Positions 12,401 to 27,800 of a stretch of DNA of 64,000 nucleotides are shown piece by piece (positions within the stretch are counted from its first letter, which is position 1; each line of letters begins with the position of its first letter). This stretch comes from the human T2T-CHM13v2.0 reference genome, Homo sapiens: NCBI RefSeq assembly GCF_009914755.1, contig NC_060925.1; one strand, given 5' to 3'. The notes under the pieces are model-generated. The model saw only the letters and a program-made list of their open reading frames with translations. It did no database searches and was not told the DNA's origin. Both the position numbers and the translations under genes were made by a program.

Positions 12401-15400
12401 AAGGAATCATCATCAAATGGAACCGAATGGAATCCTCATTGAATGGAAATGAAAGGGGTCATCATCTAATGGAATCGCATGGAATCATCATAAAATGGAA
12501 TCGAATGGAATCAACATCAAATGGAATCAAATGGAATCATTGAACGGAATTGAATGGAATCGTCATCGAATGAATTGGATGCAATCATCGAATGGTCTCG
12601 AATGGAATCTTCTTCAAATGGAATGGAATGGAATCATCGCATAGAATCGAATGGAATTATCATCGAATGGAATCGAATGGAATCAACATCAAACGGAAAA
12701 AAACGGAATTATCGAATGGAACCGAAGAGAATCATCGAATGGACCCGAATGGAATCATCTAATAGAATGGAATGGAATAATCCATGGACTCGAATGCAAT
12801 CATCATCGAATGGAATCGAATGGAATCATCGAATGGACTCGAATGGAATAATCATTGAACGGAATCGATTGGAATCATCATCGGATGGAAACGAATGGAA
12901 TCATCATCGAATGGAAATGAAAGGAGTCATCATCTAATGGAATTGCATGGAATCATCATAAAATGGAATCGAATGGAATCAACATCAAATGGAATCAAAT
13001 GGAATCATTGAACGGAATTGAATGGAATCGTCATCGAATGAATTGACTGCAATCATCGAATGGTCTCGAATGGAATCATCTTCAAATGGAATGGAATGGA
13101 ATCATCGCATAGAAGCGAATGGAATTATCATCGAATGGAATCGAATGGAATCAACATCCAACGGAAAAAAACGGAATTATCGAATGGAATCGAAGAGAAT
13201 CATCGAATGGACCCGAATGGAATCATCTAATGGAATGGAATGGAATAATCCATGGACTCGAATGCAATCATCATCGAATGGAATCGAATGGAATCATCGA
13301 ATGGACTCGAATGGAATAATCATTGAACGGAATCGAATGGAATCATCATCGGATGGAAATGAATGGAATCATCATCGAATGGAATCGAATAGAATTATGG
13401 AATGAAATCCAGTGTGATCATCATCGAATGGACCCGAATGGAATCATCATCCAACGGAAGCTAATGGAATCAACATCGAATGAATCAAATGGAAACACCA
13501 TCGAATTGAAACGAATGGAATTATCATGAAATTCAAATGGATGGACTCATCATCGAATGGATTCGAAAGGAATCATCGAATAAAATTGATTGAAATCATC
13601 ATCGAATGGAATCGAATGGTATCATTGAATGGAATCGAATGGAATCATCATCAGATGGAAATGAATGGAATCGTCATAGAATGGAATCGAATGGATTCAT
13701 TGAATGGAATCAGATGGAATCATCGAATGGACTGGAATGGAATCATTGAATGGACTCGAAAGGGATCATGATTGAATGGAATTGAATGGAATCATCGAAT
13801 GGTCTCGATTGGAATCATTATCAAATGGAATCGAATGGAATCACCGAATAGAATCGAATGGAACAATCATCGAATGGACTCAAATGGAATTATCCTCCAA
13901 TGGAATGGAATGGAATTATCGAATGCAATCGAATGGAATTATCGAATGCAATCGAATAGAATCATCGAATGGACTCGAATGGAATCATCGAATGGAATGG
14001 AATGGAACAGTCAATGAACTCGAATGGAATCATCATTGAATGGAATCGAATGGAATCATCGAGTGGAATCGAATGGAATTATGATCAAATGGAATCGAAT
14101 GTAATCATCATCAAATGGAATCAAAAATAACCATCATCAATTGGTATTGAATGGAATTGTCATCAAATGGAATTCAAAGGAATCAATATCAAATGGAACC
14201 GAATGGAATCCTCATTGAATGGAAATGAAAGGGGTCATCATCTAATGGAATCGCATGGAATCATCATCAAATGGAATCGAATGGAATCATCATCAAATGG
14301 AATCTAATGGAATCATTGAACAGAATTGAATGGAATCGTCATCGAATGAATTGAATGCAATCATCGAATGGTCTCGAATGGAATCATCTTCTAATGGAAA
14401 GGAATGGAATCATCGCATAGAATCGAATGGAATTATCATCGAATGGAATCGAATGGTATCAACACCAAACGGAAAAAAACGGAATTATCGAATGGAATCG
14501 AAGAGAATCTTCGAACGGACCCGAATGGAATCATCTAATGGAATGGAATGGAATAATCCATGGACTCGAATGCAATCATCATCGAATGGAATCGAATGGA
14601 ATCATCGAATGGACTCGAATGGAATAATCATTGAACGGAATCGAATGGAATCATCATCGGATGGAAACGAATGGAATCATCATCGAATGGAAATGAAAGG
14701 AGTCATCATCTAATGGAATTGCATGGAATCATCATAAAATGGAATCGAATGGAATCAACATCAAATGGAATCAAATGGAATCATTGAACGGAATTGAATG
14801 GAATCGTCATCGAATGAATTGACTGCAATCATCCAATGGTCTCGAATGGAATCATCTTCAAATGGAATGGAATGGAATCATCGCATAGAATCGAATGGAA
14901 TTATCATCGAATGGAATCGAATGGAATCAACATCAAACGGAAAAAAACGGAATTATCGAATGGAATCGAAGAGAATCATCGAATGGACCCGAATGGAATC
15001 ATCTAATGGAATGGAATGTAATAATCCATGGACTCGAATGCAATCATCATCGAATGGAATCGAATGGAATCATCGAATGGACTCGAATGGAATAATCATT
15101 GAACGGAATCGAATGGAATCATCATCGGATGGAAATGAATGGAATCATCATCGAATGGAATCGAATAGAATTATGGAATGAAATCCAGTGTGATCATCAT
15201 CGAATGGACCCGAATGGAATCATCATCCAACGGAAGCTAATGGAATCAACATCGAATGAATCGAATGGAAACACCATCGAATTGAAACGAATGGAATTAT
15301 CATGAAATTGAAATGGATGGACACATCATCGAATGGATTCGAATGGAATCATCGAATAAAATTGATTGAAATCATCATCAAATGGAATCGAATGGTATCA

Positions 15401-18400
15401 TTGAATGGAATCGAATGGAATCATCATCAGATGGAAATGAATGGAATCGTCATAGAATGGAATCGAATGGATTCATTGAATGGAATCAGATGGAATCATC
15501 GAATGGACTGGAATGAAATCATTGAATGGACTCGAAAGGGATCATTATTGAATGGAATTGAATGGAATCATCGAATGGTCTCGATTGGAATCATTATCAA
15601 ATGGAATCGAATGGAATCACCGAATAGAATCGAATGGAACAATCATTGAATGGACTCAAATGGAATTATCCTCAAATGGAATCGAATGGAATTATCGAAT
15701 GCAATCGAATGGAATTATCGAATGCAATCGAATAGAATCATCGAATGGACTCGAATGGAATCATCGAATGGAATGGAATGGAACAGTCAATGAACTCGAA
15801 TGGAATCATCATTGAATGGAATCGAATGGAATCATCGAGTGGAATCGAATGGAATTATGATCAAATGGAATCGAATGTAATCATCATCAAATGGAATCAA
15901 AAATAACCATCATCAATTGGTATTGAATGGAATTGTCATCAAATGGAATTCAAAGGAATCATCATCAAATGGAACCGAATGGAATCCTCATTGAATGGAA
16001 ATGAAAGGGGTCATCATCTAATGGAATCGCATGGAATCATCATCAAATGGAATCGAATGGAATCATCATCAAATGGAATCTAATGGAATCATTGAACAGA
16101 ATTGAATGGAATCGTCATCGAATGAATTGAATGCAATCATCGAATGGTCTCGAATGGAATCATCTTCTAATGGAAAGGAATGGAATCATCGCATAGAATC
16201 GAATGGAATTATCATCGAATGGAATCGAATGGTATCAACACCAAACGGAAAAAAACGGAATTATCGAATGGAATCGAAGAGAATCTTCGAACGGACCCGA
16301 ATGGAATCATCTAATGGAATGGAATGGAATAATCCATGGACTCGAATGCAATCATCATCGAATGGAATGGAATGGAATCATCGAATGGACTCGAATGGAA
16401 TAATCATTGAACGGAATCGAATGGAATCATCATCGGATGGAAACGAATGGAATCATCATCGAATGGAAATGAAAGGAGTCATCATCTAATGGAATTGTAT
16501 GGAATCATCATAAAATGGAATCGAATGGAATCAACATCAAATGGAATCAAATGGAAAAATTGAACAGAATTGAATGGAATCGTCATCGAATGAATTGACT
16601 GCAATCATCCAATGGTCTCGAATGGAATCATCTTCAAATGGAATGGAATGGAATCATCGCATAGAATCGAATGGAATTATCATCGAATGGAATCGAATGG
16701 AATCAACATCCAACGGAAAAAAACGGAATTATCGAATGGAATCGAAGAGAATCATCGAATGGACCCGAATGGAATCATGTATAGGAATGGAATGGAATAA
16801 TCCATGGACTCGAATGCAATCATCATCGAATGGAATCGAATGGAATCATCGAATGGACTCGAATGGTATAATCATTGAACGGAATCGAATGGAATCATCA
16901 TCGGATGGAAATGAATGGAATCATCATCGAATGGAATCGAATAGAATTATGGAATGAAATCCAGTGTGATCATCATCGAATGGACCCGAATGGAATCATC
17001 ATCCAACGGAAGCTAATGGAATCAACATCGAATGAATCAAATGGAAACACCATCGAATTGAAACGAATGGAATTATCATGAAATTGAAATGGATGGACTC
17101 ATCATCGAATGGATTCGAATGGAATCATCGAATAAAATTGATTGAAATCATCATCGAATGGAATCGAATGGTATCATTGAATGGAATCGAATGGAATCAT
17201 CATCAGATGGAAATGAATGGAATCGTCATAGAATGGAATCGAATGGATTCATTGAATGGAATCAGATGGAATCATCGAATGGACTGGAATGGAATCATTG
17301 AATGGACTCGAAAGGGATCATTATTGAATGGAATTGAATGGAATCATCGAATGGTCTCGATTGGAATCATTATCAAATGGAATCGAATGGAATCACCGAA
17401 TAGAATCGAATGGAACAATCATCGAATGGACTCAAATGGAATTATCCTCAAATGGAATCGAATGGAATTATCGAATGCAATCGAATGGAATTATCGAATG
17501 CAATCGAATAGAATCATCGAATGGACTCGAATGGAATCATCGAATGGAATGGAATGGAACAGTCAATGAACTCGAATGGAATCATCATTGAATGGAATCG
17601 AATGGAATCATCGAGTGGAATCGAATGGAATTATGATCAAATGGAATCGAATGTAATCATCATCAAATGGAATCAAAAATAACCATCATCAATTGGTATT
17701 GAATGGAATTGTCATCAAATGGAATTCAAAGAAATCATCATCAAATGGAACCGAATGGAATCCTCATTGAATGGAAATGAAAGGGGTCATCATCTAATGG
17801 AATCGCATGGAATCATCATCAAATGGAATCGAATGGAATCATCATCAAATGGAATCTAATGGAATCATTGAACAGAATTGAATGGAATCGTCATCGAATG
17901 AATTGAATGCAATCATCGAATGGTCTCGAATGGAATCATCTTCTAATGGAAAGGAATGGAATCATCGCATAGAATCGAATGGAATTATCATCGAATGGAA
18001 TCGAATGGTATCAACACCAAACGGAAAAAAACGGAATTATCAAATGGAATCGAAGAGAATCTTCGAACGGACCCGAATGGAATCATCTAATGGAATGGAA
18101 TGGAATAATCCATGGACTCGAATGCAATCATCATCGAATGGAATCGAATGGAATCATCGAATGGACTCGAATGGAATAATCATTGAACGGAATCGAATGG
18201 AATCATCATCGGATGGAAACGAATGGAATCATCATCGAATGGAAATGAAAGGAGTCATCATCTAATGGAATTGCATGGAATCATCATAAAATGGAATCGA
18301 ATGGAATCAACATCAAATGGAATCAAATGGAATCATTGAACGGAATTGAATGGAATCATCATCGAATGAATTGACTGCAATCACCCAATGGTCTCGAATG

Positions 18401-20629
18401 GAATCATCTTCAAATGGAATGGAATGGAATCATCGCATAGAATCGAATGGAATTATCATCGAATGGAATCGAATGGAATCAACATCAAACGGAAAAAAAC
18501 GGAATTATCGAATGGAATCGAAGAGAATCATCGAATGGACCCGAATGGAATCATCTAATGGAATGGAATGGAATAATCCATGGACTCGAATGCAATCATC
18601 ATCCAATGGAATCGAATGGAATCATCGAATGGACTCGAATGGAATAATCATTGAACGGAATCGAATGGAATCATCATCGGATGGAAATGAATGGAATCAT
18701 CATCGAATGGAATCGAATAGAATTATGGAATGAAATCCAGTGTGATCATCATCGAATGGACCCGAATGGAATCATCATCCAACGGAAGCTAATGGAATCA
18801 ACATCGAATGAATCGAATGGAAACACCATCGAATTGAAACGAATGGAATTATCATGAAATTGAAATGGATGGACTCATCATCGAATGGATTCGAATGGAA
18901 TCATCGAATAAAATTGATTGAAATCATCATCGAATGGAATCGAATGGTATCATTGAATGGAATCGAATGGAATCATCATCAGATGGAAATGAATGGAATC
19001 GTCATAGAATGGAATCGAATGGATTCATTGAATGGAATCAGATGGAATCATCGAATGGACTGGAATGGAATCATTGAATGGACTTGAAAGGGATCATGAT
19101 TGAATGGAATTGAATGGAATCATCGAATGGTCTCGATTGGAATCATTATCAAATGGAATCGAATGGAATCACCGAATAGAATCGAATGGAACAATCATCG
19201 AATGGACTCAAATGGAATTATCCTCAAATGGAATCGAATGGAATTATCGAATGCAATCGAATGGAATTATCGAATGCAATCGAATAGAATCATCGAATGG
19301 ACTCGAATGGAATCATCGAATGGAATGGAATGGAACAGTCAATGAACACGAATGGAATCATCATTGAATGGAATCGAATGGAATCATCGAGTGGAATCGA
19401 ATGGAATTATGATCAAATGGAATCGAATGTAATCATCATCAAAAGGAATCAAAAATAACCATCATCAATTGGTATTGAATGGAATTGTCATCAAATGGAA
19501 TTCAAAGGAATCATCATCAAATGGAACCGAATGGAATCCTCATTGAATGGAAATGAAAGGGGTCATCATCTTATGGAATCGCATGGAATCATCATCAAAT
19601 GGAATCGAATGGAATCATCATCAAATGGAATCTAATGGAATCATTGAACAGAATTGAATGGAATCGTCATCGAATGAATTGAATGCAATCATCGAATGGT
19701 CTCGAATGGAATCATCTTCTAATGGAAAGGAATGGAATCATCGCATAGAATCGAATGGAATTATCATCGAATGGAATCGAATGGTATCAACACCAAACGG
19801 AAAAAAACGGAATTATCGAATGGAATCGAAGAGAATCTTCGAACGGACCCGAATGGAATCATCTAATGGAATGGAATGGAATAATCCATGGACTCGAATG
19901 CAATCATCATCGAATGGAATCGAATGGAATCATCGAATGGACTCGAATGGAATAATCATTGAAAGGAATCGAATGGAATCATCATCGGATGGAAACGAAT
20001 GGAATCATCATCGAATGGAAATGAAAGGAGTCATCATCTAATGCAATTGCATGGAATCATCATCAAATGGAATCGAATGGAATCAACATCAAATGGAATC
20101 TAATGGAATCATTGAAGAGAATTGAATGGAATCGTCATCGAATGAATTGACTGCAATCATCGAATGGTCTCGAATGGAATCATCTTCAAATGGAATGGAA
20201 TGGAATCATCGCATAGAATCGAATGGAATTATCATCGAATGGAATCGAATGGAATCAACATCAAACGGAAAAAAACGGAATTATCGAATGGAATCGAAGA
20301 GAATCATCGAATGGACCCGAATGGAATCATCTAATGGAATGGAATGGAATAATCCATGGACTCGAATGCAATCATCATCGAATGGAATCGAATGGAATCA
20401 TCGAGTGGACTCGAATGGAATAATCATTGAACGGAATCGAATGGAATCATCATCGGATGGAAATGAATGGAATCATCATCGAATGGAATCGAATAGAATT
20501 ATGGAATTAAATCCAGTGTGATCATCATCGAATGGACCCGAATGGAATCATCATCCAACGGAAGCAAATGGAATCAACATCGAATGAATCAAATGGAAAC
20601 ACCATCGAATTGAAACGAATGGAATTATC
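6422..20629 (+). repeat. Run of eight length-perfect 1,776-bp monomers
   Basis: Landmarks at 6422, 8198, 9974, 11750, 13526, 15302, 17078, 18854 and 20630 are each exactly 1,776 bp apart. Confidence 0.93.
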
Positions 20630-21901
20630 ATGAAATTGAAATGGATGGACTCATCATCGAATGGATTCGAATGGAATCATCGAATAAAATTGATTGAAAT
20701 CATCATCGAATGGAATCGAATGGTATCATTGAATGGAATCGAATGGAATCATCATCAGATGGAAATGAATGGAATCGTCATAGAATGGAATCGAATGGAT
20801 TCATTGAATGGAATCAGATGGAATCATCGAATGGACTGGAATGGAATCATTGAATGGACTCGAAAGGGATCATGATTGAATGGAATTGAATGGAATCATC
20901 GAATGGTCTCGATTGGAATCATTACCAAATGGAATCGAATGGAATCACCGAATAGAATCGAATGGAACAATCATCGAATGGACTCAAATGGAATTATCCT
21001 CAAATGGAATGGAATGGAATTATCGAATGCAATCGAATGGAATTATCGAATGCAATCGAATAGAATCATCGAATGGACTCGAATGGAATCATCGAATGGA
21101 ATGGAATGGAACAGTCAATGAACTCGAATGGAATCATCATTGAATGGAATCGAATGGAATCATCGAGTGGAATCGAATGGAATTATGATCAAATGGAATC
21201 GAATGTAATCATCATCAAATGGAATCAAAAATAACCATCATCAATTGGTATTGAATGGAATTGTCATCAAATGGAATTCAAAGGAATCATCATCAAATGG
21301 AACCGAATGGAATCCTCATTGAATGGAAATGAAAGGGGTCATCATCTAATGGAATCGCATGGAATCATCATCAAATGGAATCGAATGGAATCATCATCAA
21401 ATGGAATCTAATGGAATCATTGAACAGAATTGAATGGAATCGTCATCGAATTAATTGAATGCAATCATCGAATGGTCTCGAATGGAATCATCTTCTAATG
21501 GAAAGGAATGGAATCATCGCATAGAATCGAATGGAATTATCATCGAATGGAATCGAATGGTATCAACACCAAACGGAAAAAAACGGAATTATCGAATGGA
21601 ATCGAAGAGAATCTTCGAACGGACCCGAATGGAATCATCTAATGGAATGGAATGGAATAATCCATGGACTCGAATGCAATCATCATCGAATGGAATGGAA
21701 TGGAATCATCGAATGGACTCGAATGGAATAATCATTGAACGGAATCGAATGGAATCATCATCGGATGGAAACGAATGGAATCATCATCGAATGGAAATGA
21801 AAGGAGTCATCATCTAATGGAATTGCATGGAATCATCATAAAATGGAATCGAATGGAATCAACATCAAATCGAATCAAACGGAATCATTGAACGGAATTG
21901 A

Positions 21902-22496
21902 ATGGAATCGTCATCGAATGAATTGACTGCAATCATCGAATGGTCTCGAATGGAATCATCTTCAAATGGAATGGAATGGAATCATCGCTTAGAATCGAAT
22001 GGAATTATCACCGAAAGCAATTGAATGGAATCAACATCAAACGGAAAAAAACGGAATTATCGAATGGAATCGAAGAGAATCATCGAATGGACCCGAATGG
22101 AATCATCTAATGGAATGGAATCGAATAATCCATGGACTCGAATGCAATCATCATCGAATGGAATCGAATGGAATCATCGAATGAACTCGAATGGAATCAT
22201 CATTGAATGGAATCGAATGGAATCATCGAGTGGAATCGAATGGAATTATGATCAAATGGAATCGAATGTAATCATCATCAAATGGAATCAAAAATAACCA
22301 TCATCAATTGGTATTCAATGGAATTGTCATCAAATGGAATTCAAAGGAATCATCATCAAATGGAACCGAATGGAATCCTCATTGAATGGAAATGAAAGGG
22401 GTCATCATCTAATGGAATCACATGGAATCATCATCAAATGGAATCGAATGGAATCTTCATCAAATGGAATCTAATGGAATCATTGAACAGAATTGA
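21902..22496 (+). repeat. 595-bp chimeric truncated segment (468-bp subunit joined directly to monomer tail), copy 1
   Basis: The junction GGAATCATCG|AATGAACTCG at ~22180 skips the unique middle of the monomer. Interval 20630-23001 = 1776+595. Confidence 0.88.
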
Positions 22497-24249
22497 ATGG
22501 AATCGTCATCGAATGAATTGAATGCAATCATCGAATGGTCTCGAATGGAATCATCTTCTAATGGAAAGGAATGGAATCATCGCATAGAATCGAATGGAAT
22601 TATCATCGAATGGAATCGAATGGTATCAACACCAAACGGAAAAAAACGGAATTATCGAAAGGAATCGAAGAGAATCTTCGAACGGACCCGAATGGAATCA
22701 TCTAATGGAATGGAATGGAATAATCCATGGACTCGAATGCAATCATCATCGAATGGAATCGAATGGAATCATCGAATGGACTCGAATGGAATAATCAATG
22801 AACGCAATCGAATGGAATCATCATCGGATGGAAATGAATGGAATCATCATCGAATGGAATCGAATAGAATTATGGAATGAAATCCAGTGTGATCATCATC
22901 GAATGGACCCGAATGGAATCATCATCCAACAGAAGCTAATGGAATCAACATCGAATGAATCGAATGGAAACACCATCGAATTCAAACGAATGGAATTACC
23001 ATGAAATTGAAATGGATGGACTCATCATCGAATGGATTCGGATGGAATCATCGAATAAAATTGATTGAAATCATCATCGAATGAAATCGAATGGTATCAT
23101 TGAATGGAATCGAATGGAATCATCATCAGATGGAAATGAATGGAATCGTCATAGAATGGAATCGAATGGATTCATTGAATGGAATCAGATGGAATCATCG
23201 AATGGACTGGAATGGAATCATTGAATGGACTCGAAAGGGATCATGATTGAATGGAATTGAATGGAATCATCGAATGGTCTCGATTGGAATCATTATTAAA
23301 TGGAATCGAATGGAATCACCGAATAGAATCGAATGGAACAATCATCGAATGGACTCAAATGGAATTATCCTTAAATGGAATCGAATGGAATTATCGAATG
23401 CAATCGAATAGAATCATCGAATGGACTCGAATGGAATCATCGAATGGAATGGAATGGAACAGTCAATGAACTCGAATGGAATCATCATTGAATGGAATCG
23501 AATGGAATCATCGAGTGGAATCGAATGGAATTATGATCAAATGGAATCGAATGTAATCCTCATCAAATGGAATCATAAATAACCATCATCAATTGGTATT
23601 GAATGGAATTGTCATCAAATGGAATTCAAAGGAATCATCATCAAATGGAACCGAATGGAATCCTTATTGAATGGAAATGAAAGGGGTCATCATCTAATGG
23701 AATCGCATGGAATCATCATCAAATGGAATCGAATGGAATCATCATCAAATGGAATCTAATGGAATCATTGAACAGAATTGAATGGAATCGTCATCGAATG
23801 AATTGAATGCAATCATCGAATGGTCTCGAATGGAATCATCTTCTAATGGAAAGGAATGGAATCATCGCTTAGAATCGAATGGAATTATCATCGAATGGAA
23901 TCGAATGGTATCAACACCAAACGGAAAAAAACGGAATTATCGAATGGAATCGAAGAGAATCTTCGAACGGACCCGAATGGAATCATCTAATGGAATGGAA
24001 TGGAATAATCCATGGACTCGAATGCAATCATCATCGAATGGAATCGAATGGAATCATCGAATGGACTCGAATGGAATAATCATTGAACGCAATCGAATGG
24101 AATCATCATCGGATGGAAACGAATGGAATCATCATCGAATGGAAATGAAAGGAGTCATCATCTAATGGAATTGCATGGAATCATCATCAAATGGAATCGA
24201 ATGGAATCAACATCAAATGGAATCAAATGGAATCATTGAACGGAATTGA

Positions 24250-24864
24250 ATGGAATCGTCATCGAATGAATTGACTGCAATCATCGAATGGTCTCGAATG
24301 TAATCACATTCTAATGGAAAGGAATGGAATCATCGCATAGAATCGAATGGAATTAACATTGAATGGACTCGAATGGAATCAACATCAAACGGAATCAAGC
24401 GGAATTATCGAATGGAATCGAAAAGAATCATCGAATGGTCTCGAATGGAATCATCTTCTAATGGAAAGGAATGGAATCATCGCATAGAATCGAATGGAAT
24501 TAACATTGAATGGACTCGAATGGAATCAACATCAAATGGAATCAAGCGGAATTATCGAATGAAATCGAAGAGAATCATCGAATGGACTCGAATGGAATCA
24601 TCTAATGGAATGGAATGGAATAATCCACGGACTCGAATGCAATCATCATCGTATAGAATCGAATGGAATCATCGAATGGACTCGAATGGAATAATCATCG
24701 AACGGAAGCGAATGGAATCATCATCGGATGGAAACGAATGGAATCATCATCGAATGGAAATGAAAGGAGTCATCATCTAATGGAATTGCATGGAATCATC
24801 ATAAAATGGAATCGAATGGAATCAAAATCAAATGGAATCAAATGGAATCATTGAACGGAATTGA
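24250..24864 (+). repeat. Divergent 615-bp extra module, copy 2
   Basis: Same diagnostic motifs as 3530-4144 (TAATCACATT at 24301, AATTAACATT at 24351). Interval 23001-25369 = 1776+615-23. Confidence 0.9.
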
Positions 24865-27800
24865 ATGGAATCGTCATCGAATGAATTGACTGCAATCATC
24901 GAATGGTCTCGAATGGAATCATCTTCAAATGGAATGGAATGGAATCATCGCATAGAATCGAATGGAATTATCATCGAATGGAATCGAATGGAATCAACAT
25001 CAAACGGAAAAAAACGGAATTATCGAATGGAATCGAAGAGAATCATCGAATGGACCCGAATGGAATCATCTAATGGAATGGAATGGAATAATCCATGGAC
25101 TCGAATGCAATCATCATCGAATGGAATCGAATGGAATCATCGAATGGACTCGAATGGAATAATCATTGAAGGGAATCGAATGGAATCATCATCGGATGGA
25201 AATGAATGGAATCATCATCGAATGGAATCGAATAGAATTATGGAATGAAATCCAGTGTGATCATCTTCGAATGGACCCGAATGGAATCATCATCCAACGG
25301 AAGCTAATGGAATCAACATCGAATGAATCGAATGGAAACACCATCGAATTGAAACGAATGGAATTATCATGAAATTGAAATGGATGGACTCATCATCGGA
25401 TGGATTCGAATGGAATCATCGAATAAAATTGATTGAAATCATCATCCAATGGAATCGAATGGTATCATTGAATGGAATCGAATGGAATCATCATCAGATG
25501 GAAATGAATGGAATCGTCATAGAATGGAATCGAATGGATTCATTGAATGGAATCAGATGGAATCATCGAATGGACTGGAATGGAATCATTGAATGGACTC
25601 GAAAGGGATCATGATTGAATGGAATTGAATGGAATCATCGAATGGTCTCGATTGGAATCATTATCAAATGGAATCGAATGGAATCACCGAATAGAATCGA
25701 ATGGAACAATCATCGAATGGACTCAAATGGAATTATCCTCAAATGGAATCGAATGGAATTATCGAATGCAATCGAATGGAATTATCGAATGCAATCGAAT
25801 AGAATCATCGAATGGACTCGAATGGAATCATCGAATGGAATGGAATGGAACAGTCAATGAACTCGAATGGAATCATCATTGAATGGAATCGAATGGAATC
25901 ATCGAGTGGAATCGAATGGAATTATGATCAAATGCAATCGAATGTAATCATCATCAAATGGAATCAAAAATAACCATCATCAATTGGTATTGAATGGAAT
26001 TGTCATCAAATGGAATTCAAAGGAATCATCATCAAATGGAACCGAATGGAATCCTCATTGAATGGAAATGAAAGGGGTCATCATCTAATGGAATCGCATG
26101 GAATCATCATCAAATGGAATCGAATGGAATCATCATCAAATGGAATCTAATGGAATCATTGAACAGAATTGAATGGAATCGTCATCGAATGAATTGAATG
26201 CAATCATCGAATGGTCTCGAATGGAATCATCTTCTAATGGAAAGGAATGGAATCATCGCATAGAATCGAATGGAATTATCATCGAATGGAATCGAATGGT
26301 ATCAACACCAAACGGAAAAAAACGGAATTATCGAATGGAATCGAAGAGAATCTTCGAACGGACCCGAATGGAATCATCTAATGGAATGGAATGGAATAAT
26401 CCATGGACCCGAATGCAATCATCATCGAATGGAATCGAATGGAATCATCGAATGGACTCGAATGGAATAATCATTGAACGGAATCGAATGGAATCATCAT
26501 CGGATGGAAACGAATGGAATCATCATCGAATGGAAATGAAAGGAGTCATCATCTAATGGAATTGCATGGAATCATCATAAAATGGAATCGAATGGAATCA
26601 ACATCAAATGGAATCAAATGGAATCATTGAACGGAATTGAATGGAATCGTCATCGAATGAATTGACTACAATCACCGAATGGTCTCGAATGGAATCATCT
26701 TCAAATGGAATGGAATGGAATCATCGCATAGAATCGAATGGAATTATCATCGAATGGAATCGAATGGAATCAACATCAAACGGAAAAAAACAGAATTATC
26801 GTATGGAATCGAAGAGAATCATCGAATGGACCCGAATGGAATCATCTAATGGAATGGAATGGAATAATCCATGGACTCGAATGCAATCATCATCGAATGG
26901 AATCGAATGGAATCATCGAATGGACTCGAATGGAATAATCATTGAACGGAATCGAATGGAATCATCATCGGATGGAAATGAATGGAATCATCATCGAATG
27001 GAATCGAATAGAATTATGGAATGAAATCCAGTGTGATCATCATCGAATGGACCCGAATGGAATCATCATCCAACGGAAGCTAATGGAATCAACATCGAAT
27101 GAATCGAATGGAAACACCATCGAATTGAACCGAATGGAATTATCATGAAATTGAAATGGATGGACTCATCATCGAATGGATTCGAATGGAATCATCGAAT
27201 AAAATTGATTGAAATCATCATCGAATGGAATCGAATGGTATCATTGAATGGAATCGAATGGAATCATCATCAGATGGAAATGAATGGAATCGTCATAGAA
27301 TGGAATCGAATGGATTCATTGAATGGAATCAGATGGAATCATCGAATGGACTGGAATGGAATCATTGAATGGACTCGAAAGGGATCATTATTGAATGGAA
27401 TTGAATGGAATCATCGAATGGTCTCGATTGGAATCATTATCAAATGGAATCGAATGGAATCACCGAATAGAATCGAATGGAACAATCATCGAATGGACTC
27501 AAATGGAATTATCCTCAAATGGAATGGAATGGAATTATCGAATGCAATCGAATGGAATTATCGAATGCAATCGAATAGAATCATCGAATGGACTCGAATG
27601 GAATCATCGAATGGAATGGAATGGAACAGTCAATGAACTCGAATGGAATCATCATTGAATGGAATCGAATGGAATCATCGAGTGGAATCGAATGGAATTA
27701 TGATCAAATGGAATCGAATGTAATCATCATCAAATGGAATCAAAAATAACCATCATCAATTGGTATTGAATGGAATTGTCATCAAATGGAATTCAAAGGA

